Shown here piece after piece: positions 22,326-33,127 of a stretch of 64,000 nt of DNA (positions within the stretch are counted from its first letter, which is position 1; each line of letters starts with the position of its first letter). The DNA is taken from NCBI GenBank assembly GCA_965223665.1, contig OZ245011.1, positions 192,001 to 256,000 on the forward strand, read 5' to 3'. The position numbers were made by a program, and so were the translations under genes. The notes under the pieces are model-generated. The model ran no database searches. It was not told where the DNA came from and worked only from the letters and a program-made list of their open reading frames with translations. The DNA is from Nitrospinaceae bacterium. Lineage in GTDB: Bacteria; Nitrospinota; Nitrospinia; Nitrospinales; Nitrospinaceae.

Positions 22326-23903
22326 TTACCTGTTTCCTGAGTCATTTGAAGGGCGGCGGGGAGAGGGTCGGCGAGGATTGGAACGTGAACTCCCGGGACG
22401 GCGTTTGTTCCCGTACCGAGAGGATTTTGGGCGATTTTGGGATTGAGATCCTGAATTTTCGTTACCGCGTTGATTGTAGTCAGTGCGATTTCCACTTCCT
22501 TCCCGTTGATCTTGACTTTGGCCCTGAGTTCTACGAATATTTCCACCGTGTCGATTTCCTTGACCCTGTTGTCGAGACCCGCGGCTATTAGAACGCCGTT
22601 GATTCCCGTAACGGCCTCCACCTTCGCGACGACTACCTCCTTGGCGAGGTCTGCCTCCCTCACGTGGTTTAAATGCTCTTGGGGGACGAGGTTCTTTTCG
22701 TTCTGGCCCTCCCGGTTTTTCTTCGAAGAACATATTGTCTTCAGGCCACTCGACGGGAATTTTCATTTTGAGGGCTTCTTCAATTCGCACTAAATGTTCG
22801 GCATAATCTTCACAGGCTAAAGAAATTGCATCACCTGACTCCCCTGCTCGAGCTGTTCTTCCAATTCGGTGTATGTAGTCTTCCGAATCCTGAGGCAAAT
22901 CGTAATTAATTACATGAGAAATGGCATCGATATGAAGACCGCGTGAAGCAACATCAGTGGCAATTAAAATGTTTGAATCGCCTTCCATAAAACGAGTTAG
23001 AACGCGCATGCGAACTCGTTGGGGTAAGTCTCCACTGATTTGGTCCGCCTCATAATCATTGTGGCGGAGTTTTGCTTCTAAATACTCAGCTGTATTTTTG
23101 GTATTTGTGAAAATCAATACTTTTTCTCCTTTTTCTGAATCCAAAATTCCCAGAAGGAGGCTAAACTTTTCATGCGAACCCACGTGATAAAGTTTTTGTT
23201 CTACTTTATCGACTACCATTTTCTCAGGATCAATTTTAACAGGAACCGGGTCATTCAAATGTTCGTAACAAAGTTCCATGACCCGGTGGTTGAGAGTAGC
23301 AGAATAGAGCATCGATAAACGCTGATTATATTTTGTTGTATTACGGAGGATGTATCGAATATCATTTATGAATCCCATATCAAACATTCGATCCGCTTCA
23401 TCAATTACCAGCACTTCTACTGACTTGAGACTAAAGAACTTTTGTTTGTAATAATCAATAAGCCGGCCAGGGGTGACAATCATGATATCTACCCCCTCCT
23501 GGATTTGTCGCCTTTGTTTTTCGTAATCGACTCCACCGTAAATACAAACAGTACGCAAGTTACAGTATTTACCTAATACTTTTGCATCGCGGTCAATTTG
23601 AATCGCCAGTTCCCGAGTAGGAGCAACTATTAATGCTCTTGGAGCAACCCAATCAGGTCGTTTCAATTCTTTCTCAGGTTTGCTCATTAGATGAGAGAAA
23701 GTGGCAATTAGAAATGCCGCTGTTTTTCCAGTTCCAGTTTGTGCTTGACCTGCAACATCTTTTCCATTCAACGTTATGGGTAAGGTTTTCCCTTGAATAT
23801 CAGTACAATGGGTGAAACCGGCGTCCTGGATTCCTCTTAAAACGGGTTCTGCAATAGGAAGCGAATCAAATGTTATTTTTTCTTCTGTCGAATTGACATC
23901 CAT
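22326..23903 (-). CDS. DEAD-box RNA helicase (RhlB-like) with R/G/S/N/Q-rich tail
   Basis: DVAGQAQTGTGKT, PTRELA, DEAD, SAT, HRIGRTAR. Confidence 0.93.
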   Translation of the reverse strand: MDVNSTEEKITFDSLPIAEPVLRGIQDAGFTHCTDIQGKTLPITLNGKDVAGQAQTGTGKTAAFLIATFSHLMSKPEKELKRPDWVAPRALIVAPTRELAIQIDRDAKVLGKYCNLRTVCIYGGVDYEKQRRQIQEGVDIMIVTPGRLIDYYKQKFFSLKSVEVLVIDEADRMFDMGFINDIRYILRNTTKYNQRLSMLYSATLNHRVMELCYEHLNDPVPVKIDPEKMVVDKVEQKLYHVGSHEKFSLLLGILDSEKGEKVLIFTNTKNTAEYLEAKLRHNDYEADQISGDLPQRVRMRVLTRFMEGDSNILIATDVASRGLHIDAISHVINYDLPQDSEDYIHRIGRTARAGESGDAISLACEDYAEHLVRIEEALKMKIPVEWPEDNMFFEEKPGGPERKEPRPPRAFKPREGGRPRQGGSRREGGGRYGNQRRSNSRGSRQQGQGNRHGGNIRRTQGQSQDQREGSGNRTDYNQRGNENSGSQSQNRPKSSRYGNKRRPGSSRSNPRRPSPRRPSNDSGNR

Positions 23904-24259
23904 ATCCTACAAATAGTCCATTTAATTAATTGAGTGCAAGTTAATTTTGAAAGGGTAACTTGAAAAAACTTTTTGAAGAATCACAAAATCATAGTGGGTA
24001 ATTCATTGAAAACAGAGAAGTACAGCGTAGCACAGTGGGTTTGAAAAAGAAAAGTATTTTCCTTGACATTGCCTGGCTTAAGGTGGTTCAATACCCCTTC
24101 AATTTTAACGAATTTCATACCTAAAGTGAATTATCTCACCCAAAAACACCCACCCACATTATTTTCAATCCTTTAGGATTCCTTGGGCCTAATGGATAGA
24201 ACTTATTGAAAAACAAGGGTGAGTGCAATGATGGAATTGGAAAGGTGAATTGAAGCAAA

Positions 24260-25969
24260 ATGATTAGACATGATGTACTGATAGTTGGGGCCGGGCTTGC
24301 GGGAATGCGTGCGGCTTTAGAGGTTTGTAAAGAACTGGACGTAGGAATTCTTACCAAAGTGTATCCTTCCCGTTCTCATAGTGGTGCTGCCCAAGGGGGA
24401 ATTGCAGCTTCCCTAGGAAACTCTGAACCTGATAGCTGGGAAGAACACATGTTTGATACAGTCAAGGGCGGAGATTATCTAAGCGATCAAGATGCCGTGG
24501 AAGAATATGTTAAGGCAGCTCCAAGAATAATTTATGAGTTGGAACATTTTGGTTGTGTGTTTAGTCGTACTGAGGAAGGTAAAATTGCGCAAAGAAGTTT
24601 TGGCGGCCACTCTAAACCCCGAGCTTGTTTTGCTGCTGACAGAACCGGGCATGCCATTCTCCATGCTTTGCATGAGCAGGTATTGAAAAATAGTAAAAAA
24701 ATCCAAATCTATTCCGAATGGTTTATGCACAGTTTAATTGTGGAGGAAAATCAATGTTGTGGAGTAGTGGTCAGTAATGTGCATACAGGAGCTGTGGAAG
24801 TTATCCAGGCAAAAGCTGTAATTTTTTGCACAGGCGGTTATGGGCGGGTTTTTAAAATCACGACAAATGCTTTTGCCTCCACTGCAGATGGAGCTATTTC
24901 AGCTTTTAATGCGGGTATTCCTTTGGAGGATCCGGAATTTGTCCAATTTCATCCTTCCGGATTATATCGCCAGGGAATTCTGTTTTCAGAAGCTGCAAGA
25001 GGAGAAGGTGGATACTTGTTAAATGGGGCTGGAGACCGGTTCATGGAAGAATATGCACCTTCAAGAATGGAACTTGCTCCAAGAGATATTGTTGCACGGG
25101 CGGAACAAAGTGAAATTGATGCAGGTCGTGGAGTAAATGGCGAGGGATATATTAATTTGGATCTCCGTCATTTAGGGGAGGCTCGAATTATGGAAAGGCT
25201 TCCTCAAATAAGACAATTAGGAATTGATTTTATTGGAGTCGATTGCATTAAAGATCCACTGCCCATTCAGCCTTCAGCTCATTATTCTATGGGAGGCATT
25301 CCCACAGACAAAACAGGACAAGTAATTTTAGACAAGGACAAAACACCTTTAAAAGGTTTTTTTGCAGCAGGGGAATGTGCATGCGTTTCGGTTCATGGTG
25401 CGAATCGATTAGGGACAAACTCTTTACTGGATGCAACGGTATTTGGAGAGCGTGCTGGAAGAACTGCTTTGGAATATGCAAGAAATGCTGCCTTTGGTCA
25501 GTTCAATGAAGGACAGGAAAAAGCTAAGGTTTTAAAAGACATTGAGGAGATTTATGCGCGCGAAGGTACGGAAAGTTATAACGATATTCGCAATGAGATG
25601 AAAGACGTGATGATGGAGAAATGCGGTGTTTTTCGTGATGAAGAGAATTTAAAAAGCTGTGTATCTACCATTCGAGAACTGCAACAAAGATTTAAAAAGG
25701 GTAAAGTAACTGACAAAGGTAAAGTTTTTAATACAGAATTGTATGAAATCATTGAATTGGGAAATATGTTAAAGATGGCTCAAATAATTTCAACGGCAGC
25801 TTTGGAAAGAAAAGAGAGTCGAGGAGGGCATTATCGCACCGATTTCCCAAAACGTGATGATAGTGATTATTTAAAACACACTTTGGTTTATCCCAAAGAG
25901 GATGAACTGGAATTAAAATACAAGCCAGTTGTAATTACCAAGTATCAACCAAAGGAAAGAACCTACTAA
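24260..25969 (+). CDS. sdhA: Succinate dehydrogenase/fumarate reductase flavoprotein
   Basis: [16 protein letters not shown] (FAD His), QFHP, HYSMGG, HGANRLG, ESRGGH. Confidence 0.95.
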   Translation: MIRHDVLIVGAGLAGMRAALEVCKELDVGILTKVYPSRSHSGAAQGGIAASLGNSEPDSWEEHMFDTVKGGDYLSDQDAVEEYVKAAPRIIYELEHFGCVFSRTEEGKIAQRSFGGHSKPRACFAADRTGHAILHALHEQVLKNSKKIQIYSEWFMHSLIVEENQCCGVVVSNVHTGAVEVIQAKAVIFCTGGYGRVFKITTNAFASTADGAISAFNAGIPLEDPEFVQFHPSGLYRQGILFSEAARGEGGYLLNGAGDRFMEEYAPSRMELAPRDIVARAEQSEIDAGRGVNGEGYINLDLRHLGEARIMERLPQIRQLGIDFIGVDCIKDPLPIQPSAHYSMGGIPTDKTGQVILDKDKTPLKGFFAAGECACVSVHGANRLGTNSLLDATVFGERAGRTALEYARNAAFGQFNEGQEKAKVLKDIEEIYAREGTESYNDIRNEMKDVMMEKCGVFRDEENLKSCVSTIRELQQRFKKGKVTDKGKVFNTELYEIIELGNMLKMAQIISTAALERKESRGGHYRTDFPKRDDSDYLKHTLVYPKEDELELKYKPVVITKYQPKERTY

Positions 25970-26913
25970 TGGCAACCTTTCGAATAAAACGATTCAATCC
26001 AGAAAAATCTCAAGAACCTTATTATGAAGAATTTGAATTAGATATTTCTGAAGGGGCAACCTTATTGGATTGTCTCAACGAAATCAAATGGACAAAGGAT
26101 GGATCTTTAGCTTACCGAATGTCTTGCCGAAGTGCGATCTGTGGTTCTTGTGGTATGAAGGCCAATGGTCATGCTTTGTTGGCCTGCCAGCGGCAGGCGG
26201 AACATTTATTGAAAGGGGATAATGACACCATTACGATTGAGCCTTTAGGAAATATGGCTCCTATCAAAGATTTGGTGGTTGATTTTAAGCCGTTTTGGGA
26301 CAAAATTGACCAAGTTAAGCCGTATTTGAAAAACAAAGAAAAACCTCCCGAAAAGGAAAGACACCAGTCACCCCAACAATTTAAATTAATTGATGACTCT
26401 AGTACCTGTATTATGTGCGCGGCATGTTATTCCGACTGTAATGTTTTAGAGGTGGATGACAAATTTCTGGGGCCGGCCGCTTTGGCTAAAGCTCAACGAT
26501 TTGTGGAAGATTCCCGGGATCAGGAAACCCTCGAAAGAATTAAAGAATTAAGTGAACCGGGTGGCATGTGGGATTGTACCCATTGTGGTGAATGTGTAGA
26601 ACGATGTCCAAAACCAGCCCGACCTTTCTACCGAATAAAAGAGTTGATGCGGGTGGGCTTGGAAGAAGGAGTTCACAATAATAATGGCGCGCGTCATGCA
26701 CTGTCGTTTACGAAATCGGTAAAACATAGTGGCCGTTTGAATGAAAATAAAATACCCATTGAATCGGTAGGTTATTTTAATTTGAAGGGATTGTTTGAGT
26801 TATTACCCGTTGGGTTGCGAATGTTTTTTAAAGGAAAAATTCCGCCTGTCATTCATAAATCTATTGATGGTGTGAAAGACGTTCGGCGTATATTTCGGGA
26901 GTTTGGAGAATGA
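25969..26913 (+). CDS. sdhB: Succinate dehydrogenase/fumarate reductase Fe-S subunit with C-terminal extension
   Basis: [33 protein letters not shown]. Confidence 0.93.
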   Translation: MATFRIKRFNPEKSQEPYYEEFELDISEGATLLDCLNEIKWTKDGSLAYRMSCRSAICGSCGMKANGHALLACQRQAEHLLKGDNDTITIEPLGNMAPIKDLVVDFKPFWDKIDQVKPYLKNKEKPPEKERHQSPQQFKLIDDSSTCIMCAACYSDCNVLEVDDKFLGPAALAKAQRFVEDSRDQETLERIKELSEPGGMWDCTHCGECVERCPKPARPFYRIKELMRVGLEEGVHNNNGARHALSFTKSVKHSGRLNENKIPIESVGYFNLKGLFELLPVGLRMFFKGKIPPVIHKSIDGVKDVRRIFREFGE

Positions 26914-27791
26914 AGTTTGCATTATTTACTGGTTGTGTAGCTAAAGGCGCTACAAGAGAATTGATGTTGTCCACCCAAAAAGCAGCGGAAGGTTTAGGGA
27001 TAGATTTTGTTGAAATGAAAAGTGCCGCCTGCTGCGGAGCGGGGGTTATATCAGAAAAAAACCCTACTCTTACAGATGCAATTAATGCTCGTTCTTTTGC
27101 TATTGCAGAAAAACAAAACCTGGACCTCATTACCATTTGTTCAACCTGTCAGGGAAACTTAAAAAAATCAGAATGCAAACTGGACGGGGATGTTGAGTAT
27201 AAAGATAAGATCAATTATGTTCTTAAAGACGGAGGCCACCAGTATCAGGGAGGCAAAATAAAGGTAAAACATTTTTCTAACATTCTTGCCAGCGAAGAAG
27301 GAATGGCATTACTCAAATCTAAGATCAAACGGCCCTTGGAAGGCCTTAAGACAGCTGCTTTTTATGGGTGTTATGTTTTACGTCCTTCAGAACTATCTGA
27401 GTACGATGATCCTGACAACCCTACTGGTTTAGAAGATATTTTCGAGGCTCTAGGAGCCACTCCTATCTATTATCCAAGTCGACTTAAATGTTGTGGATTT
27501 CCCATTATTATGATGAACAAACAGGCCTCGCATGATATGGCAGGCAATGCTCTTATCGATGCCGCAGAACATGGTGCTGATTGTATTGTTACTGGATGCC
27601 CGTTATGTCATCTTAGCTTGGATTCCTACCAACCGGAAATTGAAAGCCTCCGAAAGAAGGGTTATTCGGTTCCCATTCTTCACTTGCCGCAACTGGTGGC
27701 TCTGGCTTTGGGTTATTCCCCCGAAGACATAGGTATGGACAAGCATATTGTTTCCACTGCCAAACTCGATCAAATTCTTGCCAATGCTTAA
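26910..27791 (+). CDS. CCG-domain (HdrB-like) subunit of type E succinate:quinone oxidoreductase
   Basis: FTGC...CCGAG...CSTC and FYGC...CCG...CPLC; overlaps the sdhB stop. Confidence 0.88.
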   Translation: MKFALFTGCVAKGATRELMLSTQKAAEGLGIDFVEMKSAACCGAGVISEKNPTLTDAINARSFAIAEKQNLDLITICSTCQGNLKKSECKLDGDVEYKDKINYVLKDGGHQYQGGKIKVKHFSNILASEEGMALLKSKIKRPLEGLKTAAFYGCYVLRPSELSEYDDPDNPTGLEDIFEALGATPIYYPSRLKCCGFPIIMMNKQASHDMAGNALIDAAEHGADCIVTGCPLCHLSLDSYQPEIESLRKKGYSVPILHLPQLVALALGYSPEDIGMDKHIVSTAKLDQILANA

Positions 27792-27861
27792 TTAAGTAAA
27801 CCCGATTACAATTTTTAATTCCTAGTCGTTGTTGAAACTTTTTATCCCTGCTACACTGCAG

Positions 27862-29412
27862 ATGATGTTGACGCCAGCGGGTGATATAAAACGAAAGCTT
27901 ATTCTAATCGTAACCGGACTACTTTTGTTTGTGCTTATGCTAGCAATGCCACGCCCCAATGGCATTACACCGGAAGGGCAACGCATGGCAGCGGTTGCCA
28001 TACTCATGGCATTGTGGTGGATTGGCGAAGTAGTGCCCATCGCGGTGACGGCCCTCATCCCACTTGTTCTTTATCCCCTCCTTGGAATTATGCCCAGTAA
28101 AAATGTTGCTCCTAACTATGGCAACCATCTCATCTTTTTATTTTTGGGGGGTTTTATGATTGCCCTGGCCATGGAAAAATGGAATTTACATAAGCGAATC
28201 GCATTAACTATTATCCTAAAAGTTGGAACCAGTCCTCAGTTAGTAATTTTTGGATTTATGACAGCCACTGCTTTTTTATCCATGTGGATATCCAATACGG
28301 CGACTACTATGATGATGTTGCCTGTGGCTATGGCGGTGGTTCGACAAATTGCATCGCAAACCAAATTTTCATCCGAGGTTCCGGATTCCCTAACTGTAGA
28401 GAAAAACTTGGGCCTGGCGCTTATGTTGGGGTTGGCCTATTCTGCAAGTATTGGGGGTGTTGGGACTTTGATTGGAACGCCCCCAAATATTATTTTTGCA
28501 GGTTTTTTTAAAAATAGCTTTCCTGAACGGCCAGATATCACTTTCTTAGGTTGGATGTTGATGGCTCTTCCAGTGGTAGTCATTTTTCTTCCTTTAGTTT
28601 GGTGGTACCTTTGTCGATTTTGTACCTCCATACCAATAAGCAAAATTAAGGTGGATGATAGTGCCCATGAAATTGTTGGAAAAGAATTAAAAAGTTTAGG
28701 ACCTATGAATTTGGCCGAAAAATGGATAGCTGGAGTTTTTGGTACCACTGCATTTCTTTGGATGTTTAGAAAATCTATAGACTTAGGTCCCATAAATTTG
28801 CAGGGTTGGTCCGGGATATTTCCCTGGCCAGAATATTTGCATGACTCTACGGTGGCCATGTTGATGGGGTTGTTTTTAATGATTGCCCCGATTGGTTTGT
28901 TAAATGATCTGAAAATTGGGAAAAAAAGAGAATTTTTTCTTTTAGATTGGCCAACGGTACAAAGTGGAATCCCATGGGGTTTATTACTTTTATTCGGGGG
29001 TGGGTTTGCCCTAGCCAGTGGGTTTAAAGCAACTAACTTAGATCAATGGATTGGTCAGCAACTATCCGGTGTCGAAACATTTCCACTTTGGGGAATTATA
29101 TTAATTCTTTGCCTTGGGATAACTTTTTTAACGGAGATGACATCTAATACAGCAACTGCGACAATGATATTCCCAATAATTGCAGGAGCTGCTGTTGCGG
29201 GTGGTTTAGATCCCTTAATGCTAATGGTTCCTGTAACTATTTCCTCTTCTTTTGCCTTTATGATGCCGGTGGCTACTCCCCCGAATGCTATTGTTTTTGG
29301 TAGTGGGTGGGTGACGATCCCTAAGATGTCGAGAGCGGGTTTTATTTTAAATATAATAGGAGCCGGTTTAGTGACCCTACTAGCGATGACAGTGGTAAAA
29401 GGACTATTGTAA
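27862..29412 (+). CDS. SLC13/DASS sodium:dicarboxylate/anion symporter
   Basis: SMWISNTAT, GTLIGTPPN, TEMTSNTAT, PVATPPNA. Confidence 0.92.
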   Translation: MMLTPAGDIKRKLILIVTGLLLFVLMLAMPRPNGITPEGQRMAAVAILMALWWIGEVVPIAVTALIPLVLYPLLGIMPSKNVAPNYGNHLIFLFLGGFMIALAMEKWNLHKRIALTIILKVGTSPQLVIFGFMTATAFLSMWISNTATTMMMLPVAMAVVRQIASQTKFSSEVPDSLTVEKNLGLALMLGLAYSASIGGVGTLIGTPPNIIFAGFFKNSFPERPDITFLGWMLMALPVVVIFLPLVWWYLCRFCTSIPISKIKVDDSAHEIVGKELKSLGPMNLAEKWIAGVFGTTAFLWMFRKSIDLGPINLQGWSGIFPWPEYLHDSTVAMLMGLFLMIAPIGLLNDLKIGKKREFFLLDWPTVQSGIPWGLLLLFGGGFALASGFKATNLDQWIGQQLSGVETFPLWGIILILCLGITFLTEMTSNTATATMIFPIIAGAAVAGGLDPLMLMVPVTISSSFAFMMPVATPPNAIVFGSGWVTIPKMSRAGFILNIIGAGLVTLLAMTVVKGLL

Positions 29413-29416
29413 ATAG

Positions 29417-29659
29417 CTAGGGTAATTCCTTTGAATTAGGAGGTCGAACAGCGTTTATCCATTCCTTAGAACTGGCACCAAATGATATAAAATTTTTTTG
29501 TGCGATATGGAGTGGTATTGAATTGGGTCCACATAAAGAACCAGGGTTCTCGAATTGCTCCAATTCATCTTTCCAATAACATACAGGGCAGGTTTCAAAG
29601 GTTCCAGGTGGCTTTTGAGTAAGCGTCAAAAAGTTGCAGCATGGGCAAGGAAAATTCAT
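29417..29659 (-). CDS. CPCC-family cysteine-rich protein
   Basis: FPCPCC...TL...CPVCYW.D...GPN..L..AQKNF...GA. Confidence 0.8.
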   Translation of the reverse strand: MNFPCPCCNFLTLTQKPPGTFETCPVCYWKDELEQFENPGSLCGPNSIPLHIAQKNFISFGASSKEWINAVRPPNSKELP

Positions 29660-29683
29660 TTTAAAATTTTGATGGAATGGAGA

Positions 29684-31174
29684 TTATTTTTTCCATTTTA
29701 AAATGGGTTGCCTGGCCGCACGGGCTTCATCAGGACGGGAAACTTTGGGCAATTGAGGGGCATTGTGCAATTTTTCTGCATCGGATTGAGCAGATTCAGC
29801 AATTGATTTCATGGCCTCAATAAACTGATCCAAAGTTTCTTTAGATTCAGTCTCTGTAGGTTCAATCATTAAAGCACCCTTAACGATTAAGGGAAAATAA
29901 ACGGTCGGAGGATGAAATCCATAATCTATTAACTCTTTGGCAATGTCCATGGTTTTGACCTGGTGTTTTAATTGTTCCTTATCGTTAAAGACACACTCAT
30001 GCAAGCTTGGACCAGGATAGGGTAGGTGATAATGGTCCTTTAAACGAGCCTTAATGTAATTGGCATTTAATACGGCCGATTCACAAGCTTCTCTTAAACC
30101 ATCTGGACCTAAAGTTCGAATGTAAGCATAAGCGCGTAATAGGATTCCAAAGTTTCCAAAAAATGCACGAACTCGACCCACAGTTTGTGGCCTGTCAAAA
30201 GACAATTTGTGCTGTCCTTCAATTTGCTCAATAACGGGAACTGGTAGGAAAGGTTCTAAAAACTTTTTGACTCCAACCGGACCGGCGCCTGGACCTCCAC
30301 CGCCATGAGGAGTTGAAAATGTTTTGTGTAAATTAAAATGGAGAACGTCTACCCCCATGTCACCAATTTTACTTACACCCACTAAGGCATTTAAATTTGC
30401 ACCATCACAATAAACCAATCCTCCCTTAGAATGGACGATTTCAGTAATCTGGGAAATGTTCTTTTCAAACATTCCTAAAGTATTGGGGTTAGTGAGCATT
30501 AGAGCGGCAGTTTCTTCATCCATTAATTCCTTTAAAACCGCAATGTCAATCAAACCCTCATCATCTGAAGGAATTTGAATTACTTCGTAGCCACATAATG
30601 CGGAACTGGCAGGATTTGTGCCATGTGCCGAATCGGGCATAAGAACTTTTGATCGGACATTTCCTTGAGATTGCAGGTAAGCCTGTATGATTAGCATTCC
30701 TGTCATTTCTCCATGTGCTCCGGCAGCGGGTTGCAGGGTTACTGCGTCCATTCCGCTGATTTCCTGTAAATAAGACTGAAGCTCAAACAACATTTGCAGA
30801 CTACCCTGTGAAAATATCTCAGGAGTATAAGGATGATGTTGGCTAAATCCAGGAAGACGTGCGATATCTTCATTTATTTTAGGGTTATATTTCATGGTGC
30901 AAGACCCTAGGGGATAAAAATTCCCATCGATACTAAAATTCCATTGAGACAGCCGAGTGAAATGTCGAACGACATCTAATTCATTGAGTTCTGGGAAATC
31001 TTCAATGGAGTCACGAATTTCATTGGGGGGAATTGTTGTTTTAATTTCAATGTCTGGAATTTTAGAAGTGGGCAATGAATAAGCCTTACGTCCTGGAGAA
31101 CCCAAATCAAAAATAACCGGCTCTTCGCAAATTAAACCGGGAATGCCTACACGATGTGATGTTTCTAAAGTCAT
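29684..31174 (-). CDS. gcvPB: Glycine dehydrogenase (decarboxylating) subunit 2
   Basis: YPLGSCTMKYNP, QPAAGAHGE, HGTNPAS, NLHKTFSTPHGGGGPG, EPTETE. Confidence 0.95.
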   Translation of the reverse strand: MTLETSHRVGIPGLICEEPVIFDLGSPGRKAYSLPTSKIPDIEIKTTIPPNEIRDSIEDFPELNELDVVRHFTRLSQWNFSIDGNFYPLGSCTMKYNPKINEDIARLPGFSQHHPYTPEIFSQGSLQMLFELQSYLQEISGMDAVTLQPAAGAHGEMTGMLIIQAYLQSQGNVRSKVLMPDSAHGTNPASSALCGYEVIQIPSDDEGLIDIAVLKELMDEETAALMLTNPNTLGMFEKNISQITEIVHSKGGLVYCDGANLNALVGVSKIGDMGVDVLHFNLHKTFSTPHGGGGPGAGPVGVKKFLEPFLPVPVIEQIEGQHKLSFDRPQTVGRVRAFFGNFGILLRAYAYIRTLGPDGLREACESAVLNANYIKARLKDHYHLPYPGPSLHECVFNDKEQLKHQVKTMDIAKELIDYGFHPPTVYFPLIVKGALMIEPTETESKETLDQFIEAMKSIAESAQSDAEKLHNAPQLPKVSRPDEARAARQPILKWKK

Positions 31175-31215
31175 GATAAATTCTTTCAAAAATAATAATT
31201 ATCCGAGGTAGGGAC

Positions 31216-31386
31216 TTAGTCCAGAGTTTCTGCTTCATCCACTAATAGGATGGGGGTTTCATCTTTTATGGGATATTTTAGTTTACATTTTTCACAAATC
31301 AACCACTCTTCGTTTTCGGCAAGTTTGAATTCATTTTTGCATTGAGGACATACTAAAATGTCTAAAAAATCTTTATCGAAAGCCAT
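31216..31386 (-). CDS. Trm112/YcaR-like small Zn-binding protein (56 aa; absent from the ORF track)
   Basis: Manual translation MAFDKDFLDILVCPQCKNEFKLAENEEWLICEKCKLKYPIKDETPILLVDEAETLD. Confidence 0.88.
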   Translation of the reverse strand: MAFDKDFLDILVCPQCKNEFKLAENEEWLICEKCKLKYPIKDETPILLVDEAETLD

Positions 31387-31404
31387 AGCTTATCCTATAT
31401 TATA

Positions 31405-33024
31405 TTAAGAAATTTTGGTCTTCAACGGTTCTTGTAATTTTTGTTTAACGGCATCAAATACATTTTCTACCGTGATTTCGTTCATGCATTCATTTTGTGT
31501 GGGGCAGCTTCTTTTATGGCAAAAACTACAGGGTTGAATTTTGCATACTACCGTATGGTGTTCTCCGTGGGGTCGACTGTACTCAGGGTCAGTGGGCCCA
31601 AAAATTGAAACCGTGGGAATTCCCAGAGCGGCACTCAGATGCATTGGGCCTGTATCACAAGCAATAAATAAATTAAGCCGTTTAAATAATGCCATGGATT
31701 GGTGCATTGTGTTCTCGGGGGCAACCCAATGTTTTTGGCTCATCATTGAAGAAAGTTTTTGAACAGATTCTTTTTCTCCCGGCCCCCAGGTCAGAATGAT
31801 ATTTGCCCCGAGTTCTTTTGTTATTTTATTTCCTAACTCAGCAAAATTTTCTAATTTCCACCTTTTTGTCTCAAAACCAACTCCGTGATGAATGGCTATT
31901 AGAGGATTCGAAAGTAGTTGGGCATTTTCTTTTATGAAAGATTGAATTTGGTTTTCAGAACTTTCAGGGATTACCAGCGGAAAAATTTTGTGAATTGACT
32001 TGGCACCAAGGCTTTGAATCATGGCCAGGTTCTTATCTATTACATGAGTTTTTTTGCCAATAAACGGGATTTTCTCGTTTGTAAAAAGTGCATTAAGTTT
32101 CTCACGACAATCGTCTTTATGAAACCCTAGCCGAGTGGGCGCTCCGGAAAGTTTGGCAATAATTCCTGTTTTAATTAGGCCTTGAAGATCTAGTACCAGA
32201 TCATATTTTTTCCTTCTTATCTGACGTAAGCTAGCCAAGCATTCACTTAAACTTTTTAATCCAATATTTTTTCTCCAGTGGCGAATTTTGACAACAATTA
32301 ACTCATCAAGGTCGGGGTTCTGAAAAAGAAGGTCTTTGCATTTTTCCTCTACAATCCAGGATATATGGGCATTGGGGTAGAGTTTTCTGAGCGTGTGTAA
32401 CGCGGGTAAAGTATGAATCACGTCCCCCAATGAACTGAGTTTGATGATTAAAATCTTTTTTGGGGTTATGCTCATCTCCGGTTTTAAACTCTGGAATTCA
32501 AAATTAACGAGAAATGGATGAAATATTTTAAAAATTAATACGCTTATTAGGATACCACAAATTGCCCCTGCAATAACGTCTGAAGGATAATGGACTCCTA
32601 GATAAACACGGCTTCCTGCAGAAAAAATTGCCAGGCCAAAAATCCAAAACCTTGCATTTCGGTAAATCAACATCCATATAGTAGCTATAGCAAACGTATT
32701 GGCAGCATGAATAGAAGGAAATGAATAAGAATGTGAACAGTTAATGTACAACTGGATTTCACTTGATATATGACAAGGACGTATCCTTGCAAAAAATGGC
32801 TTCAATATTTTTGCAGTTACAAAGTCCGTTAAAAAGATGGCAACCAAAAAAATAATAATTACCCATAACCCACGCGATTTTTCACGGTAAAGTGTGATTC
32901 CAATTGCTAAGGCACAAGGAATAATATAATTTTTCTTATCAGTTAGAAATACTACTACTGAAGCCAAAAAATCTGTGTAAAGTAACTGTTGAATCCATAG
33001 TATTAAGCTTATGTCTAAATTCAT
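31405..33024 (-). CDS. Fusion: N-terminal PAP2 membrane phosphatase plus C-terminal GT9 LPS heptosyltransferase
   Basis: KPFFARIRP, SFPSIHA, SRVYLGVHYPSD; then KILIIKLSSLGDVIH, DLQGLIK, DTGPMHLSAALG.P.VSIFGPT. Confidence 0.88.
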   Translation of the reverse strand: MNLDISLILWIQQLLYTDFLASVVVFLTDKKNYIIPCALAIGITLYREKSRGLWVIIIFLVAIFLTDFVTAKILKPFFARIRPCHISSEIQLYINCSHSYSFPSIHAANTFAIATIWMLIYRNARFWIFGLAIFSAGSRVYLGVHYPSDVIAGAICGILISVLIFKIFHPFLVNFEFQSLKPEMSITPKKILIIKLSSLGDVIHTLPALHTLRKLYPNAHISWIVEEKCKDLLFQNPDLDELIVVKIRHWRKNIGLKSLSECLASLRQIRRKKYDLVLDLQGLIKTGIIAKLSGAPTRLGFHKDDCREKLNALFTNEKIPFIGKKTHVIDKNLAMIQSLGAKSIHKIFPLVIPESSENQIQSFIKENAQLLSNPLIAIHHGVGFETKRWKLENFAELGNKITKELGANIILTWGPGEKESVQKLSSMMSQKHWVAPENTMHQSMALFKRLNLFIACDTGPMHLSAALGIPTVSIFGPTDPEYSRPHGEHHTVVCKIQPCSFCHKRSCPTQNECMNEITVENVFDAVKQKLQEPLKTKIS

Positions 33025-33127
33025 TGTTTGATGTGGTTGGAGTGATTGTTAAAGCGCGGTTAGGGACTAGAGAAAAAGGATTACTAACTTCTTAATTTTA
33101 GGTTAACAGCTAAATATTATTATTTCT

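Noticed and set aside
22319..22663. Alternative-frame ORF and 7-nt tandem duplication at the helicase 3' end, suggesting frameshifting
   Set aside because: No slippery site or recognisable product; explained by the GC-rich low-complexity tail
31175..31404. Possible glycine riboswitch upstream of gcvPB
   Set aside because: The space is occupied by the Trm112-like CDS; no aptamer motifs seen
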